From an uncultured Candidatus Altimarinota bacterium (GTDB lineage Bacteria; Patescibacteriota; Gracilibacteria; BD1-5; JAGOOR01), in NCBI GenBank assembly GCA_937920005.1, contig CALETF010000136.1:1-37926 (forward strand): a stretch of DNA of 37,926 bases, in the 5' to 3' direction. Shown one piece after another: positions 1 through 9,577 of this stretch; the stretch's first letter is position 1; each line of letters opens with the position of its first letter. A model generated the notes under the pieces. It had not been told where the DNA came from and ran no database searches. It saw only the letters and a program-made list of their open reading frames with translations. The translations under genes were made by a program, and so were the position numbers.

Positions 1-668
1 ATACCAGCAAACAACTCATCGTCGAACACAACATGGGAAAATATCCTGATATCTCCAAGAAAGGAGCTCTCAGTATAGAAGATATCAGAAAGATCTATGA
101 AGACACTCAGAATAGGATTATGAATTGTGCCGTACTCAAATCCAAGTATGCACTCCATAAAAAAATCATAGACGACTACGACATATCAGAACGTGCAAAA
201 GGTATTCTCGAAAAAGCGAATAGCACTATAGAGAAACAAATATCAGAGCAAAAATGTGTGACCCCTCGAGATGGAGATAAAATATATAGCTATAAGGATC
301 TCCTCGATTCGATGACCTACGAACAATGTGGATACAATATGTATATGTATTATTATCAACAAAATGCTGAGAAAAATATAGGTGTTCTCTGAGCTGGCAA
401 ATCAGTCTATACCGTCTCAGAATGGGGAGAAGTCCTCTGAACAGAAAAAAACAAAATAGAACAAGAATACGATCTGACTCGTAGAACTATGGATACAGCC
501 CTCTCTCTGTATGAAAATTTTGAGAAGACCTATATTTCTCACGTACTTCTCGAGATGATAGAAGTAGAATTGACTGAAGATAAGCGCTATCTCGGAGGTA
601 CAGTTCGTGTCATACAGCAGCTTGTTTCTCTCTGGAAAAATGCACAGACAACTGAGGGAAAACGATAA
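1..668 (+). CDS. hypothetical protein, possibly 5-prime partial
   Basis: Track ORF 33..392 reads on through in-frame TGA at 390-392 and 438-440 to TAA 666-668. The frame is open back to base 3, so the start may be ATG 33 or upstream of the window. No family recognised. Confidence 0.55.
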
Positions 669-681
669 AATGGCTTTTTTC

Positions 682-709
682 TTTACTTTCACAAATTGTA
701 TACTATACT
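682..709 (+). promoter_or_regulatory. candidate sigma70-type promoter of the RRM gene (TTTACT-N16-TATACT)
   Basis: TTTACT at 682-687 and TATACT at 704-709. This would leave a leader of roughly 80 nt before ATG 798. Confidence 0.35.
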
Positions 710-797
710 GTGCCTATCGTCAGTGTTACGTGGTCAGTAGTGGTTTTTCCGCGAAGAGGCGTACAGGGTCGATACTTATTTTTTTCTTTTTTCAGTT

Positions 798-1133
798 ATG
801 GGCAAACGCCTTTTTGTCGGAAATCTTCCGTATCGTGTGACAGCAGACCAGCTCCGAGAAATTTTTTCTCAGAATGGTGAAGTAGTAGATGTATTTATTC
901 CTCTCGATAGAGAGACACGACGACCTCGTGGTTTCGCTCTCGTAGAAATGTCTACAGACGAAGAAGCAAATGCAGCTATCGCAGCTCACAACGGTGTTAC
1001 AGAAGTTTCTGATGATCGCGGACCTCGCGTTATCACTGTTAATGAAGCTCGTCCAAAAGAAGAGCGTCCTGCTGGCGGTCGCCAGGGTGGTTACAATGGT
1101 GGTGGTAACGGTGGTGGTGGAAATCGTTGGTAA
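798..1133 (+). CDS. glycine-rich RNA-binding protein with RRM domain
   Basis: Uninterrupted ORF ending TAA 1131-1133. Has RNP-2 LFVGNL and RNP-1 RGFALVEM motifs and a Gly/Asn-rich tail [19 protein letters not shown]. Confidence 0.9.
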   Translation: MGKRLFVGNLPYRVTADQLREIFSQNGEVVDVFIPLDRETRRPRGFALVEMSTDEEANAAIAAHNGVTEVSDDRGPRVITVNEARPKEERPAGGRQGGYNGGGNGGGGNRW

Positions 1134-1150
1134 TTCTCGAATATTCATCA

Positions 1151-1182
1151 AAAAAACTGCTCCTCTCAAGGAGCAGTTTTTA
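1151..1182 (+). terminator. rho-independent terminator
   Basis: Stem ctgctcc (1157-1163) pairs with ggagcag (1170-1176) and is followed by a T run. Confidence 0.7.
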
Positions 1183-1248
1183 TTTATACAAAACTTGCAA
1201 AATAAGTTCCAGAAATACAATGACAATACTTATTCTTTTTGTTTTTTT

Positions 1249-1683
1249 ATGAAATCTTTTCTCCTACTCTCGCTCTCCATCGTACTTCTGAGTGCTTGTA
1301 GCATTCAAAAAGCCGATATTTCAAATGCACCTACTGAGTCAACACCAGAAATAGAAGAAAACTCACCTATTGTTCCTACTCCAACAACAGCCAAAAAAGA
1401 AATAGAAGCAACTACAACCGAAACAAACAAGGATGATGAAATAGTCGCACTGGCTAAAACTGGCTTTACTGCAACAGAAGTAGCAGAACACAATAGTGCT
1501 ACAGATTGTTGGCTTATCCTCGACGGAAAAGTATACGAAGTAACAGACTTTATCCCTTCTCACCCAGGAGGAAAAGCAATCCTCAAAGGATGTGGCAAAG
1601 ATGCAACACAGATGTTTGCTGGACACCCAGAAAGTGCTAAGGCCATGAAAGAGAAATTCTACATTGGCGATCTCAAACAATAA
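1249..1683 (+). CDS. lipoprotein with C-terminal cytochrome b5-like heme-binding domain
   Basis: ATG 1249 lies inside track ORF 970..1683. Signal peptide with lipobox LLSAC, a Thr/Glu-rich linker, then [31 protein letters not shown]. Ends TAA 1681-1683. Confidence 0.8.
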   Translation: MKSFLLLSLSIVLLSACSIQKADISNAPTESTPEIEENSPIVPTPTTAKKEIEATTTETNKDDEIVALAKTGFTATEVAEHNSATDCWLILDGKVYEVTDFIPSHPGGKAILKGCGKDATQMFAGHPESAKAMKEKFYIGDLKQ

Positions 1684-1696
1684 TTCTAAAAAAACA

Positions 1697-1726
1697 AAAA
1701 CTCCCCGGTAAACGGGGAGTTTTTTA
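1697..1726. terminator. bidirectional rho-independent terminator between convergent genes
   Basis: Stem ctccccg (1701-1707) pairs with cggggag (1713-1719), flanked by an A run upstream and a T run downstream. Confidence 0.7.
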
Positions 1727-1734
1727 TTAGTTTT

Positions 1735-2571
1735 TTATTTACTTATTTTCTCAGTAATTTTTGGAAGAAGATTATTGAGACCATCAATAGCTCGAAGTGT
1801 TTCAACTGGGACCATCCAAATCGTGGTATTGGATTGATCAGAAGAAATATCATTGATAGACTGAAGTGTACGGAGGTGAAGTGCGCCTGGAGTGGTTGCA
1901 AGCATTCATGCTGCTTGTGCGAGTTTCTCACTCGCCAAAAGTTCGCCTTCTGCATCGATGATTTTTGCGCGTTTCTCCCTTTCTGCTTCAGCCTGTTTAC
2001 TCATGGTTCTCTTGAGAGATTCTGGGAGGTTCAAATCTTTGAGCTCAACAGAATGAATATTAACACCCCATGCCTCAGATTTTTCATCAACAATCATTTT
2101 TATTTTCTTACTTGCTTCTTCTTTGTTTGCAAGGAGTTCATCGAGCTCAAACTGACCAACGATATTTCGCATTGTCGTCATCGCGAATTGCATAATAGCG
2201 TACTCAAGTGCTCGCACATTTACTACTGATTTCATAGCATCATCAATTGCGTAATAGAGAACTGCATTGATGGTGAGAGAGACATTATCCTTGGTCATTG
2301 CTTCTTGTGAAGGGACATCAACTGCCCGTTCACGCATATCTACTTTTGTACAGGTCTGGATAAAAGGGATGATAAATCTCAATCCTGGTTCAGCTGTACG
2401 AGAATATTTACCAAGCGTAAAAATAACTCCTTTTTCGTATTGATCGATAATACGAATAGCAAGTGGTCATAACACCACACAGACGATAATAATAAAAGGG
2501 AGAAGTGAACCCGCGAGAACAAATAGTTCCATAATAAGAGAATAAAAATAAACATCTCCATTATAGACCAT
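1735..2571 (-). CDS. SPFH/band-7 (stomatin-prohibitin-like) membrane protein
   Basis: Track ORF 1906..2382 extends through TGA 1906-1908 and TGA 2467-2469. N-terminal TM helix, then IRIIDQYEKGVIFTLGKY and the band-7 core. True stop TAA 1735-1737. Alternative start ATG 2532. Confidence 0.8.
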
Positions 2572-2588
2572 GGCTCACTTTGTCCAAT

Positions 2589-3989
2589 TTATACCCTTTC
2601 CATTCTGACAACTGCCTCAATATGATGAGTATGGGGAAACATATCGACAGGTGTGATATCAGTGACTCTATATTCTCCATTCGGAGCTATGAGCGGTATA
2701 TCCCGTGCGAGTGTCGCAGGATTACAACTGACGTAAATAATTTCACGAGGATTAAAATCACGGAGAATACCTGGCGCGTCTGGATGCATCCCAGCACGTG
2801 GAGGATCGATAACAATAACATCTGGATTCTTTCCTTCTTTTTTCCAATCTTCGAGAAGTTTCTCTACTGGAGCATTCACCACGGTGACATTTTTGATATT
2901 ATTTTTTGCAAGGTTTCGGATATTATCTTCACTTGCTTCTGGGACAATTTCCACCGAGTACACTTCTTTTGCTCGACTTGCGAGCACCATACCAATCGTC
3001 CCTGTGCCCGCATAGAGGTCAAAAACAGTTGGATTTTTTGTCCGAATCATCTCTCCCGTTACACGGTAGAGCTCTTCTGCTCCAAGTGTATTTGTCTGAA
3101 AGAAGCTCTTTGGGCTGATTTCAAACTCCAAATCAAAGAGTTTTTCAGTAATCACGGGTGTACCAGATATGTGTTCGAAATTCCCTTGCACAATATCCGC
3201 CTTTCCAGTGTTGTGAAGCAGGTATGCAGAAGTAATTGTTTTGATACCTGATATAAATGATCGTAGAACCTTTTTAAATTCTTCTCGTTGTGATTCACCG
3301 AGATAGAGTGTATTCACAGATACTATCACCATAGTCTCCCCTGTTTTCTTACTTCGACGAATAACGAGATGTCTCCAGAAACCAATATTTGTCTTCACAT
3401 CATACGTTGGGAGTCTATTTTCTCGAGCAAAGGCATCAAACGCACGAAATATATCATTCACGACATCATCTCCGAGAACACAGTATGTACAGTTGATAAT
3501 ACGATCAAATTGTCCTGATTCATGGAAGCCAAATCGGTATTTATCATCGATTCATTCTCGAGCGGAGATATATTTTCACCAGCTAAATTCGAGCTTGTTT
3601 CTATATCCGTAGACCTCCGGAGAGGCAACAATAGGATGCCATGTAGCATTTGCTACTATCTCTGGTGTATGCACGAATACTTCACGTATTTGTTGTTCTT
3701 TCATCTCGAGTTGTTTCTCATGTGGTATTGGGAGCCAACGACAGCCACCGTAGACCTGAAAATGCTCTGGAAGTTTTGCTTCAAGTGGAGATTTTCTGAC
3801 GACACGGAGGATTTGCCCCTCGATTCTATTAGAGCGGTTCTTGAGAACACGAATGTCCACCACACTCTCTGGTATAGCTCCGCCTGAAATAAGCACCTTC
3901 TTCCCTGTCGCATCGCGACCAAGTCCTATACCTCAGAGAATGAGCTTCTCAACGAGGATATTTTCTAATGTGATTCATTTTTGTCCCAT
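2589..3989 (-). CDS. RNA (uracil-C5)-methyltransferase of the RlmD/RumA/TrmA family with N-terminal TRAM-like domain
   Basis: Track ORFs 2589..3461 and 3576..3896 are in one frame. They are joined through TGA at 3552-3554, 3576-3578, 3933-3935 and 3975-3977. Motifs DPPRAGMHP, YVSCNPATLARD and DMFPHTHHIE. ATG 3989, TAA 2589-2591. Confidence 0.85.
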
Positions 3990-4031
3990 AGAATGCGAGT
4001 ATATGAAAAAATACGCATTTGCGAAAATTTT

Positions 4032-4059
4032 TTGACACAATCCTCTCTCTCGTTACAAT
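4032..4059 (+). promoter_or_regulatory. promoter of tRNA-Gly (TTGACA-N16-TACAAT)
   Basis: TTGACA at 4032-4037 and TACAAT at 4054-4059. The tRNA 5-prime end lies 17 nt downstream. Confidence 0.6.
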
Positions 4060-4075
4060 GCCCCTACTTTGTTAT

Positions 4076-4152
4076 GCGGACGTAGCTCAATTGGCTAGAG
4101 CTCCTGCCTTCCAAGCAGGTTGTTGTGGGTTCGAGTCCCATCGTCCGCTCCA
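4076..4152 (+). tRNA. tRNA-Gly(UCC): tRNA-Gly, anticodon UCC, CCA encoded
   Basis: Hand-folded cloverleaf: acceptor GCGGACG/CGTCCGC, D arm GCTC/GAGC, anticodon stem CCTGC/GCAGG with loop CTTCCAA, T arm GTGGG-TTCGAGT-CCCAT. Confidence 0.9.
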
Positions 4153-4238
4153 TTGAAGTAATAAGAATCATCCATCTCGGGTGATTTTTTGTACCTCGAA
4201 CCCAATTGCCACTCGATATGCCATATCGGGCATATCTC

Positions 4239-4264
4239 CGGGTTCGTTCCCATCGTCCGCTCCA
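4239..4264 (+). pseudogene. orphan duplicate of the 3-prime end (T arm plus acceptor plus CCA) of tRNA-Gly
   Basis: GGGTTCGTTCCCATCGTCCGCTCCA repeats GGGTTCGAGTCCCATCGTCCGCTCCA of the intact tRNA with one substitution and one missing T-loop base. No matching 5-prime acceptor strand lies upstream. Confidence 0.6.
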
Positions 4265-4275
4265 ATATAAAGTAT

Positions 4276-4300
4276 AAACCACCGTTATGGTGGTTTTATT
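4276..4300. terminator. rho-independent terminator shared by the tRNA unit and the convergent CYTH gene
   Basis: Stem aaaccacc (4276-4283) pairs with ggtggttt (4289-4296). Confidence 0.65.
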
Positions 4301-4306
4301 GTATCC

Positions 4307-5002
4307 TTAATCTCCCACGAGTTCCTCAAGTTCTTCCAATCTTCGAGAAACAGATTTCTTTATCTTTTTATCGTGAAGCTCTGTGATACCAGCGTCAGAA
4401 ATATCCTCTGGGTCAATCTGAAATACTTTTTTAAGAACCGTATGAAGCTCAGTATGAGAAGAGCACTCTATCTCTGCGTACTCGAGGTCACCATGAGCAG
4501 ATGAAAAAGTATCTACCACGAGTTCTACCCCTTTATAATCTGGTATATCATAGATTTCTCGTACACGAGCTATACTTTTCTGGAGTATTGCTCCAGAATC
4601 GAGAAGTATCCTCATCATGAGAGATAGAGAGCCTATGCGAGTCTCTATTTCTTCGCGAGATTTTATTCACTTCCGAGTCTGCTTGGGTCCTTTTATCGTA
4701 ATATAAGGGATGTTATCGACCGTGCGAAGACGAATCTTTGATCACTTCCCTTCCCATCTACCACAAAAATCTCGTACCTGCATCAAAACTTCAGTATCAG
4801 GGATTTCCACCGAGACATCACCCAGAGAGAGAGTTCATGACTTTTTATCCACTGGTAGGTTGTAGTGCCAATTATTTGGTGAAAAATGAGCTATATCAAA
4901 GAGAAAATCCACGACATCACACACTCTCCTCGGTTCTATTTCTCTTTTTCGAAGTATTTTTCGGACCTGCTTGATATCAAATATTTTTGTTTCGATTTCC
5001 AT
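4307..5002 (-). CDS. CYTH-domain protein (class IV adenylyl cyclase / triphosphate tunnel metalloenzyme family)
   Basis: Track ORF 4307..4618 extends upstream through TGA at 4667-4669, 4742-4744 and 4835-4837 to ATG 5002. The N-terminus MEIETKIF carries the ExExK signature. The C-terminal part has YKGVELVVDTF...LEYAEIE. Ends TAA 4307-4309. Confidence 0.7.
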
Positions 5003-5035
5003 AAGAATAGTATATGAAATATATCTTTTTGTCTC

Positions 5036-5830
5036 TTATTTTTTCAGCCTTGATCGTGGATATTTCTTACCGAGAAGAAAATCTCGACTCAAGTGGCACC
5101 CCTTCCCTTGTTTATCAATCAGACGAACCATCATCTCGTAGAGAGGCTTTATTTCGATGTCAGTCGCGAGGTATTTGAGACGATTGGTCGCTGATATATA
5201 TCGATGAGGTATGAACTCTGCAAATACCTCCTCCCGAAGAGAAGAGGCATTTTTGCGAAGCCATCGCTCTATAAGAGCAGTATCGTTGATGTCCACCCCT
5301 GGACGAGTTGTCAGTGCCTCGAGGAGAGCATGCTCTGGTGCGGTTACCATGAATTGCACGCCTTCTATCTCCATACGAGTAGCATATTTCTTTATCAGTG
5401 AATAGAGGGATTTTTTACCGATTTTGACCGCCTGAGTCACGAGTTGATAGTCACCGAGGAGTGCGAGCTTCGCAGATTCCTTTGGAACTGCAACAGAAAT
5501 AGTCTCAGGAAGAGAATAGTCTCGGAGTCCAAATGCGAGAGCCTTTGCTCCTATAATGATACCCTGACCCAGATAGTTTTCGGCGATGACTTTTTTGAGC
5601 ACTGGCCAGTAGAAATCCTCAGGGTCCAATTTTTCACCTATATTCCAGAGATACATCCCCTTCCGAATAGAGACCAAAACTCCCGTCGAAACGAGACGAT
5701 GTATGAGCTTGTACACAGAACCTTTTTTGACAGTCACCTCCCCCCTCTCTCCATACTCTTCTATATCAGCAAGTGACCACAGTTTTTGTCATTTTTTCCG
5801 CATTTTCTGAACAATTTTATCAAAATCCAT
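5036..5830 (-). CDS. winged-helix protein resembling AbiEi-type antitoxin/transcriptional regulators
   Basis: Track ORF 5036..5737 extends through TGA 5789-5791 to ATG 5830. N-terminal signature VYKLIHRLVSTGVLVSIRKGMYLW matches the L..L...G.L....RG.Y pattern. Ends TAA 5036-5038. Confidence 0.55.
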
Positions 5831-5948
5831 AATCGTATTTTTACTTATTAAATAAATAAATATGTGTTATAAATTTATAATATTTTTATCTATAAATTTG
5901 CAATAGTTTTTTCTATAAATATATGATTATTTTATCTCATACGAGTCA

Positions 5949-5979
5949 TATTTGTATGCAAGAAAATATCATACAAATA
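5949..5979. repeat. perfect 10-bp inverted repeat with an 11-nt spacer
   Basis: TATTTGTATG (5949-5958) and CATACAAATA (5970-5979), in the AT-rich region upstream of the AbiEi-like gene. Confidence 0.6.
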
Positions 5980-6005
5980 GTCTTTTTCGATGTTTTTAGA
6001 CATTT

Positions 6006-6035
6006 AAAAAAACCGCCCTTTTGGACGGTTTTTGT
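6006..6035 (-). terminator. rho-independent terminator after the small lipoprotein gene
   Basis: Stem aaccgccc/ggacggtt with one mismatch, flanked by A and T runs. Confidence 0.6.
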
Positions 6036-6047
6036 ATCATGTTTTAT

Positions 6048-6284
6048 TTACCAACCTCTCACATTATTGACACGACCATCCAGGATTGCTCTATTTCTCT
6101 CTGCCTCCTGTGCTCTCAATCGTTCATACTCCACCATTTGTTCTGGGGTAATCTGAAGTGGCAAAAGTCACATTGCCCTATCAGCATGTATAATCATCTG
6201 TTTATCTACGTATGTACCGCCAGGACCGACACAGCCAGATAATGCTACAGCAGCACCGAGAGATAATAATGTTTTGTTCTTCAT
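6048..6284 (-). CDS. small lipoprotein (78 aa), absent from the ORF track
   Basis: ATG 6284 gives MKNKTLLSLGAAVALSGC (lipobox LSGC). There is one in-frame TGA, and the ORF ends TAA 6048-6050. TTGACA lies 33 nt upstream and a terminator lies downstream. Confidence 0.65.
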
Positions 6285-6402
6285 AAAAATATTTTACTTT
6301 ATTATTTTATTTGTCAATATTTATATAAAATCCTTTACTGCAAGAGCTTTTTACATTTATAAAAATTTCCTATACTAACCCCATATTTTATCAGTAAAAC
6401 CT

Positions 6403-7860
6403 ATGGACTTCTCTACTGCTTCCCTCTCTGAGATACTGTCAGCCATTGCAAAGAACGAAACCACCAAACAAGCCGTCTGGGAACACTTCGCTCAAGTCAG
6501 GGATGTGCTCGATCCTGAGCTCCAAGCCTTCAATCACAAGACTGAGACTATGCCGACGCCTGCTGATGGTGTACTCTCAGGCATCCCACTTGCTATCAAA
6601 GACGTCTACAGCGAAGTCGGGGTTCCAACCACTGCCTCTAGCAAGATGCTCGAGAACTATATCGCTCCTTACGAATCGACTGCAACTAAGCGTCTCAAAG
6701 CGGCTGGTATGATAAGTCTCGGAAAAGTAAATCATGATGAATTTGCCATGGGAGCGACTGGTGAACACTCTGCACTCCGACTCTCTCGCAATCCATGGGA
6801 TCCAACTCGTGTCCCTGGTGGAAGTAGCTCTGGTTCTTCTGTCGCTGTCGCTTCAGGTATGGCACCTGTCTCTATCGCCACTGATACAGGATGAAGTATC
6901 CGCCAACCTGCCTCTCTCACGGGTGTCGTAGGATTTAAAGGAACCTACGGAAGTGTCTCTCGCTACGGTGTCATCCCGATGGCATCATCTCTTGATACGA
7001 TGGGCGTCCTCTCTCGCACTGTCCGTGATGCTCATCTCGTTTGGGACGCTATGCAGGGTCACGACCCTCTCGATGCGACGAGCCTCGACGGAAGAATAGA
7101 AGTCTCTCAGGATATTTGGAATCGTACTGATTTGAAGGGTGTCAAAATCGGTCTCCCAAAAGAATACTTCGGAGATGGTATCGAAGCTGGAACTCGTGAA
7201 ACGATTGAACAAGCCAAGAAAACTCTCACTGACCTCGGAGCAGAACTCATCGAAGTCTCTCTCCCCTCGACTGATTACGCGCTCGCTGCCTACTACGTCA
7301 TCGTCCCAAGCGAAGTCTCTACCAATCTCGCACGTTTTGATGGTGTACGATTCGGTCATATCACGGGCGAAGAATTCCGAGACTATGCAGACTGGATCAG
7401 TCATACTCGAAGTGAAGGATTCTGACCAGAAGCCAAGCGTCGTATCATGATCGGTACTTTTGCGCTATCATCAGGATTTTATGACGCGTACTACAATCGT
7501 GCTTCTCTCGTTCGAGAACTCGTGCGCCGTGAATTCGCTGAGACATTCCAAAAAGTTGATGTCATTGCCACTCCTGTCTCCCCTATGGTCGCATGGAAAA
7601 TCGGTAAGATGGACAATGACCCTCTCGCGAACTACATGGCAGACATCTTCACCGTCCCTGGTGCTCTCGCTGGTATCCCTGGACTCTCTGTCCCGGCAGG
7701 ATACGCCGCACCAGCCGACGACGCCTCTCTCCTCCTCCCTGTCGGTCTCCAGATCATGGGTCCAAAACTCGGAGAAGAAAAAGTCTTCACCGTCGCTCAT
7801 GTCTTTGAACAAGCGATGAAAGAGAAGATAGCAGAGAGAAAGCCGAAGGTTTTTAGATAA
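6403..7860 (+). CDS. gatA: Glu-tRNA(Gln)/Asp-tRNA(Asn) amidotransferase subunit A
   Basis: Track ORFs 6403..6894, 6979..7425 and 7447..7860 share one frame. TGA 6892-6894 falls in the amidase motif TDTG-G-SIRQPA and TGA 7423-7425 in GF-G-PEAKRRIM. GGSSSGS is present. Ends TAA 7858-7860. Confidence 0.95.
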
Positions 7861-7884
7861 AATATATAATAATTTACAAAATAG

Positions 7885-8706
7885 ATGACGAATTTAGATG
7901 ACATATTTGATAACTCTAAGAATGGAGCTAATTTAGAGAATAGGGCTGTTAAAATATTAAAAGAATTTGGCTGGTCAGTCAAAGAAAATCAACCATATCT
8001 AGATTTAAAAACAGATAAACAAAGAGAACTCGACATAATTGCGAGTAAAGAAATTATTATATGAGCAAGATCACCTTGGGTAGACTCTCCTGAAAAATTA
8101 GAAATTCGTCTTTTTATTGATTGTAAAAATATTCCACAAAAATTATGACTTTATACTCGTGTAAAAAATGAAGAAATGATATTTGACAGTTTGTTAGAAA
8201 AGAGAGCCTACAATAATCTATATGACTCATCTCGAAGAGACCTAAAAAATTCTTTTGACGCAGTCAGTAATCACAGATATTTTTGAGCTTGAAAAATGGC
8301 GTACAAAAGCACTAATAACGATGAAAAAAATATTGGAATACAATGAATAAATCAGGTATTGCATGCAATGCATTCGGATATCTACAGAACTAGAGAAACT
8401 TATAATATAGACTATCCTGTGATAATTATAGATGATATTAAACAGCTATGACTTGAGTCAGAAAATTGAGAACGAGAACACCCAAGTAGTAATATGTTTT
8501 ATTGCATAGATTATATAGTTAATAAACAAAAGAAGCATTTTATTATAGATATAGTTGGATTAGATTTGCTTAAATTATTTCTAACAGAACTAACCCTAGA
8601 AATCGACTCTTTAGAAAAGCCAATTTGCAATAAACTCGCGGAAAACTCAAAAGAAAGTAGACATCAAGAGAGCGAAAGTGAAAGTTTTCTAACTATGCAA
8701 TTTTAG
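7885..8706 (+). CDS. hypothetical protein with PD-(D/E)xK nuclease-like motif
   Basis: ATG 7885 to TAG 8704-8706 with seven in-frame TGA; only the last 70 aa appear in the track. Has ELDIIASKE ... IRLFIDCKN (D ... D-x-K arrangement). The local sequence is noticeably more AT-rich than its neighbours. Confidence 0.6.
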
Positions 8707-8775
8707 TTTTTTAAGCTCTCCCTCAAAAACGCCACTGTCTTTAACCATGCATAGAGGGTTGCTGGCTCAGGGAAA

Positions 8776-9480
8776 TTATGCTGCCATCAATTCTTCTACC
8801 ATGTTTCTGAAATCTCCGAGCAAATCAGCAGTCCTGGAACGGAACATGGTATGATCAACAACATTATGTGGTGTACTTGCCAAAAGTGATGACCACGCAT
8901 CAAATGTCGCAGGAACATGGTTCGATGATTGGTACGAATCAGGAATAGTAATATTTGGAGGTATCTGAGAAAATGGTTCTCGTCTGAAAGCATCACCCTC
9001 AGTTATATCTACTAAATCAACTCTATGAGATGTGACCAATGGTCAGTATTGTATTGGAAAATCAACCTGAAACACAGAAGCAGAATCTTCTATCTGTATT
9101 CTGGGGATTCATCACTTATACCGCAGAGGTTGTCATGGAAACTTGTGAGTTACATGATTGAAACAGAGCCACGTGATACCATCCATGACTTTGGTGTGTG
9201 TCTCGGCTACATGAAGGATACCAGCAGCTGCCTCCCGAATATCACCCAATAACGTCGATAATCCTGGGATACCTCTAGGTACCGCAGAGCCGATACCAAC
9301 ACCTTGTTCATAATCATCTGCAATACTATTTATCAAACCAACTGTATGTGTTAATCCAAGAGTAGAATCAGTTACCTCGTAGAGAGTTCCTGTTTGTGTA
9401 ATAGGCACTTGTAATTTTACTTGTGCAGTAGACTCAAGAAGCTGATTGGCTTCACCGAGAAGGTCTTGGAATTGTTTCAT
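8776..9480 (-). CDS. hypothetical protein (234 aa)
   Basis: Track ORFs 8776..9039 and 9133..9738 share a frame and are joined through TGA codons. I place the start at ATG 9480 (MKQFQDLLGE) because the upstream part of ORF 9133..9738 overlaps the methyltransferase C-terminus in another frame. Ends TAA 8776-8778. Confidence 0.55.
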
Positions 9481-9577
9481 AACTAACAGGTAATTATATT
9501 TATACCTATTAACATGCAAGAGTCTTTTTTGTTTTTGGTCACTTATACATTGCTGATTCAAGGACGATAATATCTTC

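Noticed and set aside
2580-3251. Long antisense or overlapping track ORFs. Examples: 2580..3251 plus, 417..692, 792..1226, 5444..5776, 9860..10573 plus, 16349..16684, 23506..23808, 25465..25938, 29067..29417, 30309..30818 and 4064..4282.
   Set aside because: They lie opposite to or out of frame with genes that have strong family signatures or tRNAs. They have low-complexity or Cys/Phe-rich compositions typical of shadow ORFs, and no independent signals.
4076-4152. The tRNA-Gly as the UGA-decoding suppressor tRNA.
   Set aside because: The anticodon loop reads CTTCCAA, so the anticodon is UCC (GGN reader) and not UCA.
6403-7860. Apparent pseudogenisation: gatA, and likewise copA, nrdD, pheT, eno, rlmD and the GT4 gene, are broken into two to four ORFs in the track.
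   Set aside because: All fragments of each gene share one frame. Every interruption I translated is TGA and never TAA or TAG. The TGAs fall on conserved Gly positions. This is recoding, not decay.
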